Assembly: GCA_003971905.1 (NCBI GenBank)
Contig: RSEE01000072.1
Coordinates: 248,001 to 312,000, forward strand
Source: Moniliella sp. 'wahieum'
Lineage: Eukaryota
Direction of reading: 5' to 3'
Length of the DNA stretch: 64,000 nucleotides
The translations under genes were made by a program, and so were the position numbers. The notes under the pieces are model-generated. The model searched no databases. It was given only the letters and a program-made list of their open reading frames with translations, and was not told the origin of the DNA. Below, piece by piece: positions 27,071 to 39,296 of this stretch; the stretch's first letter is position 1; every line of letters starts with the position of its first letter.

Positions 27071-27483
27071 AGCAGAATTGAGTTGCTTCCGCTTGCCTCA
27101 GCAGCTTGCCATTCCTCCCTCAGCCCATCTCTCCCGCCTGGCCAGACCTTCTGTTGAAGCGTAGTCGCTGTTGCTGCAACCCGATCGGGCCGGCGCCCTT
27201 ACACCCCCCCCTCACCCCATCCCCATCCCCGTCTCCATCTCCATCCCCATCCCTGCCCTCGGGATCGTGCACACATTCGCATTCGCATACCTTCAGCTGT
27301 CAGTCTGCCCTGCCGTGCCTCCAACGACTCCTCGTCCCCCCTCGCGCACTGCTGACCCTGGCCCGCTGTGGATCTTGGGTGATCACGGTAGTTGGCCTCA
27401 AGTGCGGAGCCTGCAACACACCGTGACCGGTGTGCCGTCTGCTGCGCCTTGCTAGGTGCTTACTTCTCCTGCCCTCCCGACCC

Positions 27484-29052
27484 ATGTCTTTCACTGCCCC
27501 TGCCTCCCCCACCGAGCCGCATGGCGGGAGCCCGAAAGTGGGGAGTCGATTGCCTCCTTACCGCCTACCTTGTTCGACCCCATCTCGACCCCGGCCTCGG
27601 TTTCTCATCTGTCCAAGCAAACTCTGCCTGGCAACTTAGCGTCCGGACCTGGAGTCACCTCAGCTGCCTTAGCTGCTGCTGCGGCCGATGCCATCCGTGC
27701 AGCAACTAAATCGAGCCTGCTCTTTCCCTCGGATGTGATGCTCCCGCCAGCATCAGGCGAGGCTGACACATATGGGCCCTCATTTCTCGACACCCCTTCC
27801 AAAATGAGCCTTGTTCGAGGTTCATCTGCCCTCCAACTTGACCTGGACGGCGCATCTGCTCTCACTTCCCAAGAGGTGGATTGGCTACAGCCCATGGAGT
27901 GTCCCGCCCCTGCCTGTACCACCCTCCTCGCCAACTACGCTGAGGCCGAAAAACATATCCAGCTCCACGCTGTGACTGACTGGGGCCAGCCTGCTTTGTC
28001 TGGCATCTTGCCAGCTCAGTTCCGCCCACCGATGCCAAAGAAGAGCAGGGCACGAACGCTGCGGCAGAAAGCACTCCCGAGCCAGGATCGCACATTTCCG
28101 ACCAACTCTTAGCCCAAGTTCAACAGCAAGCTGCCCAAGCCGTTTATGCCACGCAAGGTACCCAGTCGTTTCCAGTGTCGATGCAGTGGCCAAACCAAAC
28201 ACCATCCCAGACGCAGTCGAGTCCAGTGGCAGGAACGGGGGGCTGCTCGCTGCTCCCTTTGGGTCGCAACTACCGTATTTTTACGACAATCAAACCTACC
28301 TCGCTGCCATGGGGTCCCTGTATGGAATGGGCACACTGGGCCAGGGCCAGGTGGGGTCGCCAGATCGAATTACGTTACTGTCTACCGCTCCCAGTTCTGC
28401 TGGGTCTCCTGGAGATCAATTGGCTATGAGTGGAGGTGTCAATACAGGTGGGTTGAGCACTCAGCCGAACCGGCAATCTGGTACGGCAAGTCGCCGTGGC
28501 CGCCGTTCCGCGGGGTCGACGGTTAGTGCGGCCAGCGGCGCACCCGGAAGCACACGCGTCCGGGCCCGCGCGCACGTTCCCCTGCCACTTTTGCGAGATC
28601 AGTGTAAGTCGGATGGACAGCCTGACGCGGCATGTCAAGCGCAAGCACCCCTTGAAGTTCAAGCCGCTGGCGGTAACATTGGCACTGGGCCGCTCGGTAT
28701 TCCTTCTTTCCAGCACCGCGCTAGCTTCAGCCCTTCCACCTCCAACTCTACCGCCACAGGTTCTACGTCTGGCTCCGTTTCTGTCTCGTCTCCGCTGGCG
28801 AATGCAGGTGGGGAAAAGAAGTTTACTTGTTCGCTCTGTGGTGTGACCAAGTCGCGGCTGGACAGCTTGGCCCGTCACCTCAAAAGCAGCATAACCAGAG
28901 ACCGAATAGGCTCTCTATGCCCCTTTACCCTTTCACTGTATGGGTCTATGCGTTCTAGCTTTGCCGCCTGTTGCGCCCGCACCCACGTTTTCGGGACCAC
29001 ACACGACTACCCCCTTCCTACATGCTCGCAGGCTTCTTCCTCTCTGATCTGA
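27484..29052 (+). CDS. C2H2 zinc-finger transcription factor with three dispersed fingers; indels present, true stop uncertain (28910-29052)
   Basis: CPAPACTTLLANYAEAEKHIQLH; FPCHFCEISVSRMDSLTRHVKRKH; FTCSLCGVTKSRLDSLARHLKS. Confidence 0.8.
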
Positions 29053-29430
29053 CCGCTCTTACATCCGCGTCCGCGTTGGCAGACATATACACATGTACTC
29101 ACCATCCCCCTCCACCTTCCGCCCCTTTCCCCGCTTCCATTCCCCCCACCTGTCTTGGTACACGAGCCACGTCTGGTCCCTTCGGGCTCTCCGCTCTACT
29201 TGCATATAATCAACAGAATAGAGGACAATCAATCGCACGACATACAGAAGACCGGTGCAGTGGAAATGGCAGCTAATCCTTTATCTTCCCGCAAGAGATT
29301 TGGTCAGAATGTGCCGATCCCCATTATTAAAGCGTCAGGCATGTGGGTTTTGCTGAAAGGAAACGTGGCGCAGGTTTCGTGGGCCCCCTTCTCTGCTCCC
29401 ATAGTGACGAAGCAGCCCTTGATCGTCATT

Positions 29431-29695
29431 CAGTACTCAGTACTCAGTCAGGATCAACATGTAGTTAACTTTGTCTCTCCTTCGTTTTGAAGAGCGGACG
29501 CTGTCGACGTTGTCAACGTCGAGTTCAACGTGTTCAACACTTGAACTAGTCAAGCTCAGGCCCTGAGCCTCAGGCGCCAGGTCAATCGAGTGACTCTGCT
29601 GACCGGTGACTGATGACTGATGATCGATGATCGATGATCGATGGTCAATGATTGTCATCGATCATCGATCATCGACCACACATCATCGATCATCT
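29431..29695. repeat. Heptamer tracts (AGTACT-C)2 and (ATCGAT-G)3/(ATCGAT-C)n upstream of UTP7
   Basis: cagtactcagtactcagt 29431-29448; gatcgatgatcgatgatcgatg 29622-29643; catcgatcatcgatcatcg 29656-29674. Confidence 0.9.
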
Positions 29696-29848
29696 GTGAC
29701 AGCGTGGAGCCGCAAACGAGACATGGAGTGGCGGAACGCCTGCATTCCGCCCGCGTCCACCCCTCAAAACTTTTTTTGGCCCCAGCCGAGAGGACCGCGT
29801 TTTCTGCTGCATCATCTTTCACCCAGCGTTTTCTGTCGCTCCATCACC

Positions 29849-31710
29849 ATGAGTGCGCCACCCGACCAAACCCAAAAGCGCAAGGGCAAGAAGAACAAGG
29901 GCAAACGTCCCTTGTCCAGCACGATGAGAGGCGCTTCAACGCCAAGAGAGTTTGGCAACGGCCACCCAACTCCCGCGTGACCTTCGCCTTGCCGAGACGG
30001 ACAGCATGAAGGACATCCAGCTTCCCGAATCCATCCTCCGCACCCGCGACCACCGGCTCAAAGCGCGGCTCACCAAGGAGTACCTCGCGTCCAAGCGTGC
30101 CTCGCAACATGCCGCCTTGGCCAATGAGTTCATCAATGTCTCTGCCCCCGGCGAGGAGGCCGGCCTGATCGAGGTCGAAGACGAGATGGAGCGGACGGCA
30201 CGAGTGCGCCAGGCCGACATTCGTGACTCGGTCGGGGTTGAGACGGCGCGCAAGTCCTTTACCCTTCAGCTCGACGGAGCAAGGGGGGTGCTTCGCTGGG
30301 CCCGTACCGATGCGACTACACACGCAACGGTCGTCACTTGGTCCTTGCGGGCCGGAAGGGACATTTGGCAGCATTTGATTGGCAAGCGGGCACCTTGGCG
30401 TTTGAAATCAACGTCAAAGATACTATACGCGATGTCAAGTGGCTGCACAACCAAGACTTTGTCGCCACGGCCCAAAAGAAGTTCACGTACATCTACGACG
30501 GGCACAGTGGTGCGGAAGTCCACCAGCTTCGTCAGCACACTGATGTCAATCGCCTTCAGTTCCTTCCGTACCACTTCTTGCTCGCGTCAATTGGTCGTGC
30601 GGGTGTGCTACGGTACCAAGACGTTTCGACAGGCCAGGCGGTAGCCAGCCTACGCACCGGCATGGGCAACTGTAACGTCTTGGAACAAAATCCGCTCAGT
30701 GCCGTCTTGTATGCTGGCCACCACAATGGGGTGGTGAGCCTCTGGACCCCCAACTCGCCCAATGCCGCACTCAAATTCCTCGCCAACCTCGGGCCTGTGT
30801 CGGGCGTGGGCATCAATCCACGCGAAGGAGGAAGACAGATGGCCACGGCCGGCATGGATGGGAGTGTCAAGCTCTGGGATGCTCGTATGTTGGGCCGGGG
30901 CGCTGTCAAGGAATGGACCCACTACCGAGCTGCCTCGGATGTCAAATTCTCCCAACGAGGGTTGCTCGGTATCTCGTGGGCGCAGCACGTTTCCGTCTAC
31001 GATCCAGCCAAGGTGCTCGCTTCGACCGCCAAACGTGTGCCGGGGCCGTACCTGACCAACAATTTCCCCGTTGCGAGCCGGTCCAAATCGCCTTTTGTCC
31101 CTTTGAGGACGTGCTGGGCGCCGCACATGCCAAGGGCTTCGACTCGCTCATCATTCCTGGCGGGGTGAACCGAACTTTGACTCGACGGAAGCCAATCCGT
31201 TCGAGACCAAGCGGGCCAAGCGCGAGAGGGAGGTGCACTCTGCTGGACAAGATTCAACCCGACATGATCACGCTTGACCCCGATTTGGTCGGATCGATCC
31301 GCGAGTTGGCCGACGCACCCGAGGCGGTCGAGGGGGCCGCCATCCCAACCGCGGCAGATGGTCGGTCCTACGCCAGCCTGACGCGAGCCGAGCGACTCCA
31401 ATTGGACCGCAAGGCGGACCAAGCGCCCGAGGGGAGGAAGGGGACAATCCGTTTGTCTACCAAGGCACGGTGGCTATGCCCAACGACGACCCTTCCAATA
31501 CCCAAGCGAAGCGACAGAAGCTAACCAAGGAACGCCTCAAGCAAGCCATGCGCGATCGCCAAAAGAATTATCGATCGGCAAACGCTACTGGAGCGCGAGA
31601 AGAGTGAACGCGCTCGATCGACCTCGGCCCCCCAGCCGACCAAGCCAACGTCGGCCCTAGACGTGTTTACCGCGCCTCGCAAGAAACGCTCTCGAGCTCC
31701 CATTCTGTAA
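29849..31710 (+). CDS. UTP7: U3 snoRNP WD40 protein Utp7/WDR46 (BING4CT domain); several indels
   Basis: LAGRKGHLAAFDW, IRDVKWLHNQDFVATAQKKFTYIYD, LQFLPYHFLLAS, FCPFEDVLG, LLDKIQPDMITLDP. Confidence 0.93.
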
Positions 31711-32373
31711 CCCTTGTACGATATCATTTCTCACCTTGCCCCCCCTTCCCCTTGGACCACGCAGTAGGTGCGGTAGGATTGGTACATGTAGACCTACCAT
31801 TCACCGGAAGATGAATTGCAAAAACGGGGTATGAGGTCCGACAAAGGAGCGGAGCACTGCCGATATGCCAACTGCGATAGTTTAGTGCTCCTCCTCAGCA
31901 ACCTCACCAACCAAAAACGACGGCCTCCTCTCTGGCACGGTTACCCCCGGGGGGTGACATGTGAAGGATGGCGGTCGCAACCAAACGGCGCGGGCCGGGC
32001 AGAGGGCACCCCGTTTGGGACGCTAGCCCAGCCGGTCTGCAGACTACGCTTACGTGAGGGTGACCCAGCGGTGGGGACACTGCACTAGGGTTGGGACACA
32101 CTGCTGTGGTGCGGGGCCCGGGCGAGGGACAGGCGTGTGACACATGGCATGTGACATGTGACAAGCGAGGACAGGTGCTGGGGCAGGCGCACGGGCAGTG
32201 TGGATGGGCAGCGCAGCCGCGTGATGGATGATCACCGATCACTGGCGGAGAGGCGAGGGTCGATGGATGGTCGTCTGATTGGTTGAGGCAGCGCGTGACC
32301 GCAGCCCCACCCCTTGGCGTCGCGAGGGCCGTTCGCTGTCCGTGTCCCCACCACCTTCTCGCCTCTGCCCGCC

Positions 32374-33251
32374 ATGTCTACACGCCCCGTGAGGACAATG
32401 TCTACCTTGCCAAGCTCGCTGAGCAAGCCGAGCGCTATGACGGTACGTGTTCTTTCCGTGTACTGTGCCCCCCTTCTCGCGACCTGTTCCCACCCTCTTC
32501 CCTTGCTAACCCGCCTGCGACAGAGATGGTCGAGCACATGAAAGTGGTTGCGTCCGCCGACCAGGAGTTGACGGTCGAGGAGCGCAACCTGCTCTCGGTT
32601 GCGTACAGAATGTGATTGGAGCCCGCCGTGCCTCGTGGCGCATCGTCTCCTCCATCGAACAGAAGGAGAGAGCAAGGGCAACACGAGCCAAGTCGGCATG
32701 ATCAAGACCTACCGCGAAAAGATCGAGGCTGAGCTGGCCAAGATTTGCGAGGACATTCTTGCTGTGCTGGACAAGCACCTGTTGCCCTCGGCGTCGGGTG
32801 AGAGCAAGGTGTTCTACTACAAGATGAAGGGCGACTACCACCGCTACCTTGCCGAGTTTGCCACGGGCGCCACTCGCAGGACAGTGCGGACAAGTCGCTC
32901 GAGGCGTACAAGGCCGCGTCCGACGTGGCTGCGACCGAACTGGCGCCCACCCACCCCATCCGCCTCGGTCTGGCACTCAACTTCTCTGTGTTCTACTATG
33001 AGATCCTCAACTCGCCCGACCGCGCGTGTCACCTGGCCAAGCAGGCGTTTGACGATGCGATTGCCGAGCTGGACACTCTGTCGGAAGAGTCGTACAAGGA
33101 CTCGACGCTGATCATGCAGCTGTTGCGGGATAACCTGACGCTCTGGACATCGGACATGCAGGAGGCCGAGGCTGAGCCCAAGCCGGAGCCCGCTGCGGAA
33201 CCTACCGCTGCCCCGGCGGCCGAACCGGCTGCCGAGGAGCAGCCTGAGTAG
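32374..33251 (+). CDS. BMH1: 14-3-3 protein; intron 32443-32523; indels
   Basis: [100 protein letters not shown]. Confidence 0.97.
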
Positions 33252-33753
33252 AATGCCCCCCCCCCCCTTCCACCCCGTTTTCCCTTTACTACCTACTACT
33301 CACTGCTTTTTCTCTCTCTCCTCCATTCCAGTCCCCGTGGCTCCCTCCCGCACAGACCTGATCAGTGCTTGTTGTTACTCATCCTATCCGTTTCCTCAGC
33401 CCCTTGTAGACTTGCTCGCTTGCCGATAGAAAAGGACATCCGTACCCAGTAGCCACCCACCCTCTTCCCCTTGCTCTCCAACGGGATAACATGAGCCTCT
33501 GTGGGTAACCCGTCCATTTCATGAAAATATGTATGTACGTGAGTGGCGGGTGGGGCACCTTGTTGTACTCAGGAATCAGAAGGGAGGTAACCGGTACTTG
33601 GCGCTCGGCAGCTACCTACCGTTATCGACAAAGAAAAAACAAAACCAAGCTAAACACAACTAGAGATGCAGGGCTGGCACGCGGTCCAGAACGGCGGGAA
33701 TGCTCCGAGGCAGTCGCGTGCCAACTCCATCCACCTCGCGCTACTCCCCCAAC

Positions 33754-36026
33754 CTACGCTGAGGAGCCTCGTGCCGAGATGACGCCGTGCCGATCCGAGG
33801 CGGGCGTGTCAGCCGATCGTCGTCGGAAGACTGGACGAAGCACGTCGTTTCGTCCCACCCGACCCCGACCCCGAACCCGTCCCCATCCACACCCATCCGA
33901 CATGAGGTTCAGGCTCAGGTTCAGGTTCAGGTTCAGGGTTTGGTTCAAGGTCGTGCTCGGCCTGTGGATATCGGCCGGCTAAGCCGGGTCTGACCGTCGG
34001 TCTGCTCCGGGGCTCAGGATCAGGAGGTTGCCAGCCTGGCCTGGTACGTGGATTGGCCGACAAGGACATGGCCCATCGCTCTGCGACCGATACTATCGAC
34101 CTTTGCTTCCCTGCGGGCGGACCAAGGCCGTTCGAGGGGGTTGTAGAGCGCCTGGTGAAGCTGGGCACCTCGACGGCACGAGCGTGCAGTGTCGTCCTCT
34201 GCCCATAGTGCACCGGCGGAAGACATATGGCACGAGATGGCTCGCCGGCGAAGTTGGGCTGCTGAGATGAAGAGGACCCAAGGCGGTTGTCAGGTAGTTT
34301 CGCGGTGTTCCATGGGCAAGGCGTGGAGGGTGGCAAGGGAGATGCTCGGAACAGGCGGCGCGTCATGTAGCGCTGCAGGGCAGCGATGCCGCGGCCACAA
34401 ACACGCAAAAGTTGGCGCGTTGGGTGACAGTCAGTGCAGGTGAGCACGGACGACAAAATTGCTGCACGTCGGTCCGTCGGAAAGCCGGGATGGCAGTGAG
34501 GGACAGATGGGTCAAGTGCGGGAGAGAGATGAGGAGGTTAAAAACGGACGGGAGGCTGACCTGCTCACAATACGATAGGTGAATGCGCTCGAGCGAGGGA
34601 CAATCGCCAGCGCATACACCCCCATCGCACTCACCCACGGCATCTTGACCAACCCAATCCGTCTGAGCTTCGGCAGCTGGGACATCTGGCTTACCGACCG
34701 GTGGTCAGGCGGGTACAGTAGCCCACGCCAATGTACCGCAACCGGGTGCAGTGGTGCGTCAATTGCTCAATCGCCGTATCGTCACTTGTTCCAGTCGGGA
34801 CAGGTGAACGAGATGCAAGCAGGGCCCAGCGCACACAGCGCCTCAATCGCCGTATCGGTGAAACGGGGACACTTGGACAAGGTTACGCTTCGCAAATGGG
34901 GAGCAGCTGCGACCAGGCCTTGAATCGCGACATCAGTGAGTTGTTCGCAAGCCGTCACATCAATCAGACGCAAGTGGGCGCCCATTACGACACGTTGGGA
35001 GGTCCGGGTATGTTCGAGACAATGCGAGTGGGAACGGTCATCCCTCGTGCTTAGTCCTACATTGTGCACAACCGCAGCCGGCTCATTGGGCGGGTACACA
35101 ATGGGCTGCTCCCACGAGCTAGCGTCGAGCGGCAGTGGCATGAGCAAGGGGCTTGTGTCAGGAGCGGGAAGATCACCGGTACGCGGATCAGGGAACGCCG
35201 AAGAGGTCAGGTTGGTACAATAGGAGATGCGTAGTTCCTGCAACTTCTCTGCGTGGAGCCAGAGGGCGCGCACGGCGTGGTCGGTCAAGTAAGGTACGTC
35301 GGTCAGGTCCAGGTTGACGAGGTGAGGGCAGTTTTGCGCCAGAGCAAGAATACCCTCGTCGGTTACCCTCCAGGCTTGGTCCAAAACCACGCGCCTCAAC
35401 AGCGCGCATCCACGCGCCAGTCGGGCAACCATGGCACCTGTAATGTGCCGGCACCGGCCGAGCGCGACGGATTGCAGCTGACGGGCACAGGATAAGGCGT
35501 ATACCGTGTAGGCGCCGACTGCGTTGTTGTCAGACAGGTCGATCGAGACGAGTTGGGACAAGCGGAAATCACAGTGGCGATCTGCACATCAGTAAGTTGC
35601 GGCAGCCAGTAAGAACTAGGCTTTCAAGGTGCACACAGAGCCGGATCGCGTCCAGGTGGCCGCCGTTGACTTCGCGCCCAATGGAGCGAGGTTGAGGTGG
35701 CGCACCAAGGTGGGGTAAGGGTAGTAGGTGTCATGGGCATGTGCCCTTGCCAAGACGCGGGCGAGGCGGGCAAGGGTAGCAGTGTTGTGATGGTGAGCCT
35801 CCCCCAGAGATGGACGACGGCTGCGTCGCTCCATGCGCGACAGACGCGAAGGCAGGGAAGCAGGTCGGCGCCGACGAGGCCAGCGGAGCGCATGATCTGG
35901 AGCAGAACCTCATGGGGGAGGCAGGCCCACTGCCAGTGCCAGGTGGTGGGGTGGCGGGAAGAGGGGGGCGTGTGGGGGCGCGGAGGCGGAGGAAGCCAGG
36001 CGGGCGGGAGGGTGTGGGTTCGACAT
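33754..36026 (-). CDS. GRR1: F-box/leucine-rich-repeat SCF subunit, Grr1-like; indels
   Basis: F-box LPHEVLLQI...CLRVCRAWSDAAVVHLW; YPYPTLVRHLNL; cysteine-containing LRRs (ACEQLTDVAIQGLVAAAPHLRSVTLSKCPRFTD); LERIHLSYC...LTHLSLTAIPAFRR. Confidence 0.85.
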
Positions 36027-36400
36027 GGACGTGCTGGGGGCGATGGGCATGGAGGAGCGGAGGGTGGCAGAGGTGGGCGGCGGCAGAGACGCGCTGCTGG
36101 GCAGCAGGAGCGCCAAGGGCCCAGCGGCACGCACGGTGTATTCGCATGGGGTGCGTCGAGCGCAGCGTGAGGGGTTTTGGTTAGCACTGGCTGCGGCCCA
36201 GCGCGGTGTGGGGCATGTGTGATGGGCTGTCACCTCCACATGCGAATGTGATGTGGCAGGACACTGGCAGGATGCCGCAGGCGGTGGCGCTGTGGCGCAG
36301 GCGGCACGTGACGCGTGCTGGGCACTGGCGCCGCGCATGGGCCCAGGAAACACATGCATGCCTTCAGCCCATCCCCTCTCCCCCCACCGCCCACGCACGC

Positions 36401-37776
36401 ATGCCCACCTCCTCCTCGGTGTCCGCCACGCCGGGTGCGGTGGGCCGCCTCGCCTCCTCCCCGCCGCCTCCCGCACACGACCTCTTCTCCCTGGCCGACG
36501 CCTCCGCCACCCTGCGCGCCGCCGCCGACGACGCCTACGACTACGACCCCTGCGACCCCACCCCCTCCTGGGCCCCCTCGCCCCCCCCCCTCCCGCTCTG
36601 GCCCCCGCCCACGCGCCCCTCTGCTCGCGCCCACGCGCCCACTCCTTCGACCCCTCCGCCCGCGCATACCCCCCCATACCCCGCCCGCATCCCCACCCCC
36701 GCCCTCCCCGCCCCCGCCCACCGCAGACCTCGCCCCCCTCATTACCCAACTCTCTCTCGCCGCCTCGCCGCTGCGCCCCCCCCGGCTGCAACGATCCTGC
36801 CTCCCCCGCCCCCGCCCCTGGCAAGCAACACCTCCCACAGTCCCTCCCACCACCCCCCTTTGTCCAGCCCAACTTGCTCTCGCCCCCCACCGGCCACCCC
36901 TCCTTGGCTCGGCCCCAGCCGCCCTACTCTCACCCTCCTCGTCCCTGCCTTCGGTGCCCCTCCCGCCCCCGCGCAGCAGCCGCCAAGACCCCAGCGAGGA
37001 AATCACGACCATATTTTCGCCGGCTTCCCCGAAGACATTAGCAAGCGCGAGTTTACCAACTACTTTGTCTTTGCCCGTGGCTTCGAAGCTGCCTCGCTTA
37101 CCTTCCCTCCGCCTTCCTGTCTGCCGAAGATCCCCTGTCACCCACTGTTCTACTCCCCTGCTTGGTGGTCTGCCCCGCAGCCGCCCGATCAAATCATTGG
37201 CTTTGCCAAGTTCCACACGCCTCGACGCTGGCCGCCCGCGACTATCTCAACGGTCGGGTTGTCGATGCCGACCGGGGCGCCGTGCTCAAGACCGAGATGG
37301 CCAAGAAAAACCTCCACATCAAATCCAACACCCGCTCTCTTTCCCCCCCGGCCATGCCCCGCGCCGCCGTGGCGAGCGAACGTTACTATCCCGCTGCTGA
37401 GCCGGCACGCTCTCACCGGCCCTCGCTAGCTGCCACCTCAACGTTTTCCAGCCCCCCTCTCGCGCCCCAGCAAACTTGTTACCGCGCAATAGCCTGGGCG
37501 AGGCCAGCGCGCTGACTGTCGGGCCGCTTTTGCGTTCGGGAACCTTCGTCGCCCCACCCACCCAGGACGGTGAGTCCAATGGGCCCCCTGTCTCCTACGA
37601 GCTCCCGCGCACCCTCTCCTGGCTTCCCATGGCGCTGGGACGGGGTGGCGAGCCCGCCCATCTTCAGCCCGCCGTTGTTTAGCCCCAAGGTGGATGTCCC
37701 CGATCCGTTGACCGAACTCATGGTTTCCCCCCGGACAACGGCCCCCTCCTTCTCCGATCAGCCACGACCCTTTTGA
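36401..37776 (+). CDS. RRM RNA-binding protein, Scw1/Whi3-like, one RRM visible; indels
   Basis: TTIF-AGFPEDISKREFTNYFVFARGFEAASL, QIIGFAKF, ARDYLNGRVVDADRGAVLKTEMAKKNLH. Confidence 0.78.
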
Positions 37777-38070
37777 TCCGAGCGCGGTACCTGGACCTGG
37801 GCTGCTGGACCCCATCGGTCGTTGATCCTCATCCTCAACCGTCCCATTTTCCCTTGTATGGCTGCCCCTTTCTCGCCCCATATCCGCTCTGTCCGGACCT
37901 CTCTTCTCCCATTTTCGATGCATCGAGGAAGTGTCGATTGAACGGCCTTGGATTGCGCGCATTTTTCCCCCCCTTTCCCATTTCCCATCTCCTCACTCTC
38001 TCCTTTTTGCCCTTACCCAACCCACCATCCTGCCTACTGGCGTCATCGCTACATCCTATCCTTGTGGATC

Positions 38071-38104
38071 CTGCACCCTGCACCCTGCACCCTGCACCCT
38101 GCAC
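38071..38104. repeat. Heptamer microsatellite (CTGCACC)n, about 5 copies
   Basis: ctgcaccctgcaccctgcaccctgcaccctgcac. Confidence 0.9.
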
Positions 38105-39296
38105 TTACTTGACGTACTTTTTGCTCATCCCCCTTGTTCTTTATCTCATTGTCTTTGCCCGTTCTTTCTCCCCCGCCCGCACCCACGCCCGCACCGATCT
38201 GCCGCGTGTTACGTGCTCTGAGCTGCAGCGGCACAGACCGTACCCGAGAGGACCTAGTTTCCCGCTCCAAGGCCCCGCTGTTCCTTTTCCCTCTCGCATT
38301 CCTGTGGTTCTTGGTCTGCAAATGATTCCAGTGTTGAAACGTTGGACGAACGAATAGGCTTTGCCCTGCTCTCCTTTTCTTTCCTAGCTGTCGAGGGGTT
38401 CAACGTTCACATCGTCACGGCTCTCGCCAGACGCTGGACCCCCCAAGGGAAAGGACCTCGGGCCAGATCGCATGCTACGTGCCACTGGGAGGACAGGGTA
38501 GCACGCCTCGGGTGTGGGAGACCCTTTATCTTATATCTTTTCACCCCTGCAGAGTAGGTACGGTGCGATAGACAGGCGGATGTTCAGGAGAGGGTGGTAG
38601 AGGGCAATTAGTAGGAGGGAGAGACGTGGCTGGCGCCTACAGTTACTACTACCCAGTGTTGACATCCGTCCTAGGACCGCGCGGACCCTGAGTCACGTGA
38701 GTCAGTTTTCATTCCTTCCGAGCTCGCACCAGTCTTCTGGACAAGTCAGTCGCAGAAGCTTCTTAGTGCAATACGACGTTCAGTGCTCACATTCTGTGGT
38801 AGTAGCGTGGCCGACACCCAGCTGGTGCGCCTCCGACAGCGGCCAGACACCTGTCACGCGTCACGATACAGTTCAAATGGCCCACAGAGATCCAAGTGGG
38901 GCACAAAAGGCATCATTCAGTAGGGGAGGTACTAAGGTCATTAATCATTGGTGCCCCGTCTTTGGTTAAGCTGGCCCGGCTGGAAGAACAACCAGAACGG
39001 GAAGGGCACTCTCACGTGCTCGTCACGGCCGCATTGCCCTGACGGTGCTACCCTCAGGCCTAAGGCCTTTGGTCCATCCTGTCATGTGCTCAAAGTAGCG
39101 GGGGGAGCAACGTTTACAACTACGCTACTATTCTCCAACAGCTGTTTTGCTGTCTGTAGACCTACATGCGACCTATTTGCCTGGCGCGGAAACCTACCAA
39201 CCAGTACGCGCACTTCACCAGCTTGAACCGGCAAGCCAACATCCGATACATGTACATACACTCTCGACCATGCCTCCTCTGATCCCAGATCCCCAC

